A stretch of DNA of 64,000 nt, from the NCBI GenBank assembly GCA_963748295.1, contig CAVVIH010000008.1, positions 123,873-187,872 of the forward strand. The letters run 5' to 3'. The notes below the pieces were generated by a model that saw only the letters and a list, made by a program, of their open reading frames with translations, did not search any database and was not told the DNA's origin. The translations under genes and the position numbers were made by a program. Each line of letters begins with the position of its first letter. Within the stretch, counting starts at the first letter, position 1. The stretch comes from an uncultured Acidobacteriota bacterium. GTDB lineage: Bacteria; Acidobacteriota; Vicinamibacteria; Vicinamibacterales; 2-12-FULL-66-21. This document shows positions 1-8,696 of the stretch, piece after piece.

Positions 1-1791
1 CAGGATCAGCCAGTTGCGATCGCCGCGGAAGAATCCCATGCGGCCGAGGTCGACCTTGCTCTCCACTTCCTTGCCGTCCGCGTCGCGCCATTTCGGCTGC
101 TTCGATCGCGAATAGAACACGCCGAGCACGTCCGAGTACCGGAGCGAGGCGATCTCCCCGCCACCATTGCGATCCACCACGCTGACGCGGCCGTCGGCAA
201 GTTGCAGGACGGCCTGACGCTCGCGTCCCTTGTTGTCGGCGTCGGCGACGAGCACGCGCACGTCGTTGAACAGCACCGGCGGCGCGGCGACCGCCTTCGT
301 CACAGGAGGCACGGGCTCGGCGCCACGTGCCGGCATTGGCGGCTGCAGGATCGGCCGGCCCGGGCGCCGGAAGCGTCGCCGGTACCGCGGCGGTTTTCGG
401 CGTGCCCGGACTCGGTGGCGGCACGCTGCTCGCGGTCGGCTTCGCGGGCCCCACACCGGCAGTTGCGGCAACCGGCCCGGTGACGACCGGCGGCGCCGGT
501 GCGGGCGCGGCCGCGGCCGGCGCCTCAACCGGCGGGGTTTGCGCGGCCTGCGGGTCTGGTGTCGCCGGCGCGGTTGATTGCGGCAGACTACCGAGGAACG
601 GCACCTGTTCCTGCAGCGTGCCGCGCTTGAACACCGCGAGCCCGAGCGCGCCCATGCCGGCAATCACCGCGACGAGCAATGCCGCCATCGCAAACAGATG
701 CGTCCGGCCCAGCACGAGCGTCGTGGTCTTGTGCTCTTTCTTCGGCGCGGCCGTTGGAGCCGTTGCGCGGCCGCTGCAGCCGCAGCCAGCATCGTTTCGG
801 CCGGCGCCATCGCCGTCATCACCTGGCTTGGCGGCGTCGCGACGGCTGCGCCGGCGCTGGTTCTCCCGCCGCCGGGCGTCCCCATCGTGCGCGTCGACTC
901 ACGAGCGAGTCCGGTGTCCCAGGGCAGCGCCATGCCAGGCGGCGTCGGCGTCAGCAGCGTGGGCAGTTCGCCCAGGGTCTGCGGCTGCACGGCCGCTTGC
1001 AGCGCGGCGCGGAACTGCTCCGCGCTCTGGAAGCGCGCCGACGGCGCCTTCTGCAGCGCGCGATCGACGATGCCCGTGCACCACGCGGGCAGGTCGGGGA
1101 TGAAACTCACGATCGGCGTCGGAGGCTCGGCGACCTGTTTCTGGATGATCGCGACCGCGGTATCGCCATCGAACGGAAGCTGCGCGCTCAGCAGACGATA
1201 GAGAACGACGCCCACCGCATAGAGATCGGATCGGCCGTCGACTTCGCGCCCGAGCACCTGCTCCGGCGCCATGAACGCGGGCGTGCCCATCATGTAGCCG
1301 CCGAGCGTGTAGTGTTCGGCGCCGAGGACGCGGGCGATGCCGAAGTCCATCACCTTGACGGCGCCCGTGTCGGTGACCATCAGGTTCGCCGGCTTGAGAT
1401 CGCGGTGGATGACGCCGGCACGATGCGCGTGAGCCAACGCATCGAGCACCTGCATGCAGAGGTGGGCCGCCTGCGGCGGCGCGATCGGCCCGAGCCGGTC
1501 CGACAGATCGTGGAACGTCTCGCCGCGCACGAACTCCATCACCATCAGGAGCTCGTCGTCCTGCCGGTGCAGCTCGTACAGCGTCGCGATGCCAGGATGG
1601 TTCAGCCGTGCGAGCGTGACCGCTTCCGCGCGGAAACGCTTCAAGACATCGCTGTCGCCAAGATCCGGGTTCAGGACCTTGATCGCGACTTCGCGATCGA
1701 GGGTCTCGTCAACCGCCTTGTAGACGGTTCCCATCCCTCCGCGCCCGAGGCGGTCGAGGACACGATACTTGCCGACAGTCTTGCCAATCAT
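1..1791 (-). CDS. Membrane-anchored Ser/Thr protein kinase (3' end beyond window; apparent frameshifts near 775 and 345)
   Basis: MIGKTVGKY start, GRGGMG, VAIK, HRDLKPAN, DFG and APE motifs. Other frames continue with a TM helix (FAMAALLVAVIAGMGALGLAVF), a Pro/Ala linker and a C-terminal domain running off position 1. Confidence 0.9.
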
Positions 1792-1825
1792 CGAGGTCAG
1801 TTTTTGGCGGTGGCGAACCGTAATT

Positions 1826-2833
1826 TTATAACCGAAAGCCGTGCCGAAGGGGATCGTTTTTGTCGACCAGGAACTCGTGCTGGCCGGTAATCCACGCGTC
1901 GCCTTCGACCTCAGCCACAATGGCCGCCGTTCCGGCGACCAAAGTCTCCCTCACGATGCGCCCTCGAAACCTGGTCCCGAGGATGCTCTCGTGAACGAAC
2001 GTGTTTTCTGGGCCGAGAACGCCCATTCCCGCGAGGACTGCCATCACGGCGCACGTTCCCGTCCCGCACGGCGATCTATCGACTTCGGCCTCCGCAAAAA
2101 TCGTGACATTGCGCAGGTCCGCGCCCTCCGATGAAGGCGGGCCGGTGAAGATGGTTCCGTATATCCCGTTCAGCATAGGCTGATCCGGATGTACCACTCG
2201 TACCGCTGACTCGACCGCGTGCTTGATGTCCATTCCGGTCCGACGAAGATCGGCGAGCCGGTCGGGACGCACGGGGATGCCGACGGCCTCGCTGTCGACG
2301 ATGGCATAGAAGGCGCCGCCGAAGGCCACGTCGGCGCGGACAGTGCGCATGCCCACCTTTACCGGCAGCGCGGCGTGGAGGACGAACGACGGCACGTTCT
2401 CGAACCTCACGCTCGAGACACGCCGCCGTCCATTCGTCTCGGTGATCGTCGCGCGCGCGCGAATCGGACCGGCCGGGGAATCGAGGACGATGTCCTCGCG
2501 CCCCTCGGCCGGATGCAGCAAGCCTCGCTCGAGCGCGATGGTGACGACGGCAATCACGCCGTGCCCGCACATCGTGCTGTAGCCCTCGTTGTGCATGAAG
2601 AGGACGCCGGCGTCCGAACCGGCGCGCTCGGGCTCGGTGAGCAGCGCGCCATACATGTCGGCATGGCCGCGCGGCTCGAGCATCAGCGCGGTCCGCAGAT
2701 GGTCGTAGTTCTCGCGAAGCCATTCGCGTTTTTCGAGGATCGTCGATCCCTGCAGCGTCGGAAACCCGCCAACGATCAGCCTGAGCGGCTCGCCGGCGGT
2801 GTGGGCGTCGATGGTCTGGATTCTGTGAATCAT
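1826..2833 (-). CDS. Proline racemase / hydroxyproline epimerase family protein
   Basis: IDAHTAGEPLR, EPRGH, MCGH and DRSPCGTGT motifs; both catalytic positions are Cys. Confidence 0.92.
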   Translation of the reverse strand: MIHRIQTIDAHTAGEPLRLIVGGFPTLQGSTILEKREWLRENYDHLRTALMLEPRGHADMYGALLTEPERAGSDAGVLFMHNEGYSTMCGHGVIAVVTIALERGLLHPAEGREDIVLDSPAGPIRARATITETNGRRRVSSVRFENVPSFVLHAALPVKVGMRTVRADVAFGGAFYAIVDSEAVGIPVRPDRLADLRRTGMDIKHAVESAVRVVHPDQPMLNGIYGTIFTGPPSSEGADLRNVTIFAEAEVDRSPCGTGTCAVMAVLAGMGVLGPENTFVHESILGTRFRGRIVRETLVAGTAAIVAEVEGDAWITGQHEFLVDKNDPLRHGFRL

Positions 2834-2882
2834 GAGCTGAGAGCTGAAGGCTAGAGGCTGATAGCTGATAGCTGATAGCTGA
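2834..2882. repeat. Seven tandem degenerate heptamers ((T/G)AGCTGA)
   Basis: gagctga gagctga aggctag aggctga tagctga tagctga tagctga. Confidence 0.9.
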
Positions 2883-2907
2883 AACCTGCCGGCTGTAGAC
2901 TACCGCA

Positions 2908-3886
2908 ATGCTTTTTCTCACCGAAGCCGACGTCCGCGTCCTGCTGCCGATGCAGGACCTGATTGACTCGATGCAGAGCGCGCTCGCTGCCTACTCGAAC
3001 GGGCAGGTGCAACAGCCGCTGCGAACGGTGCTGCAGGTCGGCGCCGGCCATGCGTTCTTCGGCCTGATGCCGGCGTTCATTCCGCAGTCGGGCGCGCTCG
3101 GGACGAAGCTCGTCACCGTGTTCGGCGGCAACGCGGCGCTCGGCCTTCCCACGCATCTTGCGACGATCATCATGCTGGACCCGCAGACCGGAGCGGTTCG
3201 CGCAATCATGGACGGGCGTTACATCACCGAGGCGAGGACCGCCGCGGTGTCCGCGGTGTCGGTGCGGCTTCTTGCGCGCGAGGATGCGTCCACGCTGGCG
3301 ATCATCGGCTCCGGCGTCCAGGCGCACAGCCACCTCGAGGCAATCTCGCTCGTCCGTCCTCTGAAAGAAGTGCGCGTCTGGAGTCCGACACTCGATCGCC
3401 GTCAGCGATTCGCCGCCGATGCGCGCGGGCTCGTGGGCGCAACCGTGACGGCGGTCGCCGACGCCAGGACGGCGGTCGCCGACGCGGACCTGATCGTGCT
3501 CGCCACCGCGTCACGTGAGCCGGTCGTCCGCAGCGAGTGGGTGGCCGACGGTGCGCACATCTGCGCGGTCGGCGCATGCCGTCCCGATCAGCGTGAGATG
3601 ACCACCGATCTCGTCCAGCGCGGAAGGCTGTTCGTGGACTCGCGGACAGGTGCGCTGGCGGAGGCGGGCGATATCGTGATCCCGATCAAGGAAGGCGCTG
3701 TCGACGACAGCCACATCGCCGGAGAGCTCGGCGAGCTCGCGGCCGGCCGTATCGGCGGTCGATTCGAAACCGTCCGACGTGACCATCTTCAAGTCGCTCG
3801 GGATGGCGGTTGAAGACGTCGCCGCGGCGCATCAGGCGTTCGAACGCGCCGCTGAGCGGGGCCTCGGACGGGCGGTGGTCGTCTAG
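2908..3886 (+). CDS. Ornithine cyclodeaminase/mu-crystallin family protein (frameshift near 3770)
   Basis: RTAAVSAV, IIGSGVQA, VGACRP. The shifted frame gives the conserved VTIFKSLGMAVEDVAAA C-terminus, ending at TAG 3884-3886. Confidence 0.88.
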
Positions 3887-4165
3887 GCTTTCGCCTTGCG
3901 CCGTTCGGCCCAGCGCTTCTTCATCATCTCGGAAATACGCTTGCGCGCCTCCGGCGACATCCGGCGCCGCTTGCGCTTGCGCCCTGCCCCGGCCTGAGGA
4001 CCCGACGCCGATCCTCGCGCGAAGCCTCGCGGCCTGTTCGTTCAGCGTCGTCAAACGCTGTCTCGTCGCCGCGATCTCGCGCTCCAGCCCACCCAGCGCC
4101 CAGCCGATGAACTCCGCAGATTTCATCAGCATGTTGTCTTTCTTCCGTGGCCTTCCGCGCGGCAT
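3883..4165 (-). CDS. Small basic coiled-coil protein, putative nucleoid/DNA-binding (frameshift near 3985)
   Basis: MPRGRPRKK N-terminus and a coiled coil. The shifted frame gives GRKRKRRRMSPEARKRISEMMKKRWAERRKAKA*. GAGGAGG SD upstream. Confidence 0.7.
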
Positions 4166-4200
4166 CGCCTACCTCCTCAAAGGCCTTTATCATAGTCTTG

Positions 4201-5406
4201 ATGCCCCGGGAGCTCGGCGGATTCATCGTCGCGGTCCTCGCCGCGCTCATGGCCTGTCCGGTCGCGGCCTCGGCGCAGCCTGAAACGGCCGAAACGCTGC
4301 GCGCACGCGCGGCCGACCTCGCCTACAGCCACGAGCACGAGAAAGCCGCCGATCTGCTCCGCAAGGCCGTCGCGCTTGCACCCGACGACCCCGCGACGCA
4401 CAGGAACCTGGCGAGCGTGCTGTGGCTGCAGATGCTGTTCAAGCGCGGGGCGGTCACCGTCGATCACTATCTGGGATCTTTTTCGCGCGCGCGCGTGGAC
4501 ATGCAGAAACCTCCCGCGGATCTCGATGCCGAGTTCCGCAAGCATCTGACGCGCGCCATCGAGCTGGCGGAAGCCCGGGTCAAAGCGAACCCGCGCGATC
4601 CGCAGGCCAATTACGATTTGGGGGCCGCGGTCGGCCTCCGGGCGTCATACATAGCAACGGTCGAGGGGCGCCTTCTCGCTGGCTTCAACGCCGCACGCCA
4701 CGCCTACGATCTCCACGAAAAGGTCCTCGAGCTCGACCCGAAGCGCAAGGACGCCGGCATGATCGTCGGCACCTACCGCTACATCGTGTCGACGCTGTCG
4801 CTGCCGATGCGGATGATGGCCTACGTCGCCGGGTTCGGCGGCGGAAAAGACAAGGGCATCCGGATGATTGAGGAGACCGCCACCGCCGGCGCCGAGAACC
4901 GAACCGATGCGTTCTTCGCGCTCGTCCTCGTGTACAACCGGGAAAAGCGTTATGAGGACGCCATGCGGGTGATGAAGGAACTGCGAACGCTGCATCCACG
5001 TAACCGGCTTGTACTGCTGGAGGCGGGCTCGACCGCTGTCCGGGCTGGACGTTTCGACGAGGCGGTTACGCTCCTCAGCAACGGCATGCGCATGATCCCG
5101 GCGGACGAATCGCGGCGAATTCCGGGCGAAGAGGCGCTCTGGCGCTACAAGCGCGGCGCCGCCTATGCCGGGCTGCAGCGGCAGAACGAGGCGGTTGCCG
5201 ACCTGACCGCGGCGGCAAGCCCGTCGGCGCAGTCCTGGGTTCACGGCCGCGCGCGCGTGGAGCTCGCCCGCCTGGCGCTGACCCGCGGCGACCGCGGGAC
5301 CGCGTCGCAGGAGGCGCGCCAGGGCCAGAACCTCTGTCAGCAGGGCAACGATCCGGTGTGCGTGGAGCAGGCGAAGAAGCTTTTGAGGGACGCGGATGGC
5401 CGGTAA
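4201..5406 (+). CDS. Secreted tetratricopeptide repeat protein
   Basis: Signal-peptide-like N-terminus and TPR-like helices (KAVALAPDDPATH, KVLELDPKRKDA). Confidence 0.8.
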   Translation: MPRELGGFIVAVLAALMACPVAASAQPETAETLRARAADLAYSHEHEKAADLLRKAVALAPDDPATHRNLASVLWLQMLFKRGAVTVDHYLGSFSRARVDMQKPPADLDAEFRKHLTRAIELAEARVKANPRDPQANYDLGAAVGLRASYIATVEGRLLAGFNAARHAYDLHEKVLELDPKRKDAGMIVGTYRYIVSTLSLPMRMMAYVAGFGGGKDKGIRMIEETATAGAENRTDAFFALVLVYNREKRYEDAMRVMKELRTLHPRNRLVLLEAGSTAVRAGRFDEAVTLLSNGMRMIPADESRRIPGEEALWRYKRGAAYAGLQRQNEAVADLTAAASPSAQSWVHGRARVELARLALTRGDRGTASQEARQGQNLCQQGNDPVCVEQAKKLLRDADGR

Positions 5407-5902
5407 GTTCAAGACGTGGGTCTGGGTCGTCGTCGGCGTCATCGTCGCCGGGATTCTGGGCATCGTCGCGATCGCGGCGGCGAGCATCTACTACGTCTCG
5501 CGTCACGTCGACACGCGGGAAGTGTCTCCCGCGATGGCGTCGCGCGAGTTCGACGAAGTGCGCGCCCGCTTCGCGTCGCAGAAGCCGCTCATCGAGCTCG
5601 ACGAGCGGGGCGATCTCGTCAGGACGAACCCTGATCGGCCCGCGCAGAAAAACCCGAAGTCCCCTGAGCAGATCCACGTCCTCGCCTTCGATTCGCGCGA
5701 AGGACGCATGGTGCGCGTCACTATTCCGTTCTGGCTGCTGCGGCTGAAAGTCGGCGGCACGACAATCGATCTGAACCGCGGCGGCAAAATGGACCTCGAG
5801 GATTTGAAGTTGTCGGTCGAAGACCTCGAGCGCTTCGGGCCGACGCTGATCGTCGATCACAGTTCGCGCGACGGAGAGCGTGTCCTCGTCTGGTCGCAGT
5901 AA
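5396..5902 (+). CDS. Hypothetical single-pass membrane protein
   Basis: N-terminal TM helix; overlaps the upstream gene; normal composition. Confidence 0.75.
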   Translation: MAGKFKTWVWVVVGVIVAGILGIVAIAAASIYYVSRHVDTREVSPAMASREFDEVRARFASQKPLIELDERGDLVRTNPDRPAQKNPKSPEQIHVLAFDSREGRMVRVTIPFWLLRLKVGGTTIDLNRGGKMDLEDLKLSVEDLERFGPTLIVDHSSRDGERVLVWSQ

Positions 5903-5969
5903 CTGTCCCCTTCCAGCGACCCTCTCGTAAAACTGCCAGGGTTTTCGCCGCTTTTCGACTGTTTTCGAC

Positions 5970-5984
5970 AGGCGCGCTTTTTGC
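5970..5984 (+). promoter_or_regulatory. Candidate sigma-54 (-24/-12) promoter
   Basis: AGGCGCGCTTTTTGC gives GG-N10-GC with TTGC, about 35 nt upstream of the ATG at 6020. Confidence 0.4.
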
Positions 5985-6019
5985 CATTTCTCCCTCCAGA
6001 CGAGTTTCGGAGGGTGCCC

Positions 6020-6698
6020 ATGTTGAACATGAAACGATATCTGCTGGTTCCTGCTGTGAGCCTCTTCGCGCTGGCGTTCGCCGCGCCGGCAAGCGCGCAG
6101 TTCGGCCGGCCGTCGGATCGAAATGGTTATTACCGGGCGGGCCCCGCGTACGACAACGGCTTCCGCGAGGGCATCAAGGAAGGCGAGAAGGACGCGCGCA
6201 GCCGCGACCCGTTCGAGTTCAGAGATGAGGGCGACTGGCGCGACGGCGACCGCGGCTATCATCGCCAGTTCGGCGATCGCAACACGTATCGGCGCGTCTT
6301 CCGCGACGGCTTCGAAGCGGGCTACGCGGATGGCTATCGCCGCTCGGCGCGAAACAACGGCTGGGGCCGCGGTGGAAACGCGTATCCGAACTATCCGAGC
6401 GTACCCGAACCGTGCGCCTGGAGGCTACGGATATCCAGGCGACAACCGCAATCCGAACAGCGGCCGCTACGGCTACAACCCGGCGTATGACGCCGGCGTA
6501 CGCGACGGTTACGAGAAGGGGCGAGAGGACTCACGCGATCGTGATTCCTACGACCCGCTGCGCCACAGCTGGTACCGCTCGGGCGATCGGGACTACAGGG
6601 GCGAATACGGCTCGCGCGAGCAGTACCGCGACCTGTATCGCCAGGCGTTCAGGGAAGGATACGACCGCGGGTATCGCGAGGCCGGCTACTACCGCTAA
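6020..6698 (+). CDS. Secreted Gly/Tyr/Arg-rich two-repeat protein (frameshift near 6400)
   Basis: Signal peptide (ALAFAAPASAQ). Two homologous halves: AYDNGFREGIKEGEKD...YRRVFRDGFEAGY and AYDAGVRDGYEKGRED...YRQAFREGYDRGY. Confidence 0.75.
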
Positions 6699-8165
6699 TC
6701 CAGCCGGAGGAACTTCTTCATCCGCGTCAGGAACGTCGCCGGGGCATCGGCCACGGCGACGGTCTTGAGCGTCTCGCGAATCTGATTCAACTCGGCGCGG
6801 CGAGTGACTGCCGCAAGGCCGACTCTCTCCAGCGCCGCGGGATCTGCCGCGCCGAGGGCACGAAACACTTCCGCATCGAGCTCGAGAACGACTGCGTCTC
6901 CGCGCGCGACGACGCTCGCCGTCCGTGGCTCTCCAGTCAGCAGCGACATCTCGCCGAAATAGCCCCCGCGGGGAATCCGCGCGACTTCGCGGTGCTCGGG
7001 CTCGAGCTGCACCGATACCTCACCCGAACAGACGATGAACATCGAGCGTCCCGGCGCGCCCTGACGTACGACCGCCTCGCCGTTGCCGAACATCCGCGTG
7101 GTCGTCGCCGACGCAATGCTGCGCCGCTGCCCTTCCGTGAGCTGTGAGAACAAATCGACGCCGCCGACGATGCGTTCGCGTTCCGTCTGCTTCGCGGCCG
7201 CATCCGGTTCCGGCCACTCGCGGCTGTATCCAACCTCGATCGGCCAGGGGATCTCGATGCCGCGCCGCCCGAACGCGTAGAAAATTGCCGTGCGCACCTC
7301 GTCGCGTGCTTCGTCGTCGAACTCGTAGTCCTCGATCCAGAAGCGGATACGGTAGGTGACCGCGGACGCGTCGAACGCGTGCAGCAGCGCGTCGGGTGCC
7401 GGCGCCTTGAGTACTCGCGACACCTGGTCCATCGCTTCCATCACCGCCGCCTTCACGTCACCGGGCGTGCTCAGGTAACTGGCGCCGACGTCGAGCTCCA
7501 GACGCGTTGGCACCGCCGGCTCGGAGAAGTTCACGATCGCGTGCTTGGAAATCTCGTTGTTGGGAACGACGACGAAGTTGCCCGTCTTGGTGCGCAGCTT
7601 CGTCGCCCGCCAGGTGACTTCGGCGACACGCCCTTCGAACTCGCCGACACGGATCCAGTTGCCGATCTTGAACGGCTTCTCGCTCTGGATCGCGAGCCCG
7701 GCGAAGGCGTTGCCGAGCGTGTCCTGGAGCGCGAAGCCGACGACGACCGCGCCCACCGCGGAGGTGGTGAGCAGCTTGTCTTCGAAGACGAACGTCGCCA
7801 CGAGCAGGAGGACGCCGATGACGATCGCGTCCTGGAGGATCGAGGGAAACGCGTCAGGAACGCGATCCGCCCGAAGCGGATTGATCAGCGAAACGACCAG
7901 CAGATTGATCAGCGCGGCCGCGAACGCGAGCTGCTCGAACGAGCGGAGCTGAAGGTCACACCGCGCTGCCGTGTCCGAATGACGGCACGCCGGGCACCGT
8001 CCCCTGGACGGTGACGACGATGTTCGCGAGAACGTAAGCGCCGAACAGGAAATAGGAGAGCTTGAGCTTCCGCTTGATCAGCCGGTTGGCGGTGAAACTG
8101 GAAAGGACCGCCGTCGCAGCGAGCGCCGCGATGCCGACGACGAGATGCCCCGGGTAGTGATTCAT
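6695..8165 (-). CDS. MscS-family channel with C-terminal cyclic-nucleotide-binding domain (frameshift near 7950-8000)
   Basis: GFALQDTLGNAFAGL, KPFKIGNWIRVG and VVVPNN (MscS); FGEMSLLTGEPRTASV (cNMP cassette). The N-terminal TM part is in ORF 7956..8228, starting at MNHYPGH. Confidence 0.88.
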
Positions 8166-8166
8166 C

Positions 8167-8195
8167 AAAAAAAGAGCCTCGCAGTGCGAGGCTCT
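8167..8195 (-). terminator. Palindromic hairpin with U-tract directly upstream of the mscS start
   Basis: Minus strand AGAGCCTCGCACTGCGAGGCTC TTTTTTT G ATG. Confidence 0.7.
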
Positions 8196-8237
8196 CAGAT
8201 GAGAATTTGCGGCGATTCTAGCACGCATCCCGCGTGT

Positions 8238-8672
8238 TCAGCGTTCAGCGCTTCCCTTCTTCAGCAGCTTCACGGCGCGGTCGCGATCGGTCACGCTGTC
8301 GAAGCCGTACACGGCCGAGAACTTCGTTCCAACGACCTGCGCGACGAGAAACGCGAGGTTGATGCCTGCGTCGGCGATCGCGCGCGCCGTCCGATAGCCG
8401 AGTCCAGCCCGGTTGGACCCCTGAACCATTACGGCGGGAATGTCGCTGGCCGGCGTCAGTCCGGCATCCGCGGCCGCGGCGGCCGCTTTCTTGCCGGAGA
8501 TGGGAAACAACTCGACGGCGCCTCTGCTCTCGTCGCCCGGGAATCGGTACGCCATCAGCACCTGCAAGTCCGCCTTGGTCGTCGCAAGCGGGTGGAGAAC
8601 GCCGGCCAGCGCGCCTGGCCGATTCTCGATTTCCCGCCGCCAGAGTGTGATCACCTTAACGGTCAGGGCCAT
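8238..8672 (-). CDS. ACT-domain protein
   Basis: Two ACT-like repeats: IENRPGALAGVL and SNRAGLGYRTARAIADAGINL. Confidence 0.8.
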   Translation of the reverse strand: MALTVKVITLWRREIENRPGALAGVLHPLATTKADLQVLMAYRFPGDESRGAVELFPISGKKAAAAAADAGLTPASDIPAVMVQGSNRAGLGYRTARAIADAGINLAFLVAQVVGTKFSAVYGFDSVTDRDRAVKLLKKGSAER

Positions 8673-8696
8673 GACGCTGTCTCCTTTCAGCCCGCG

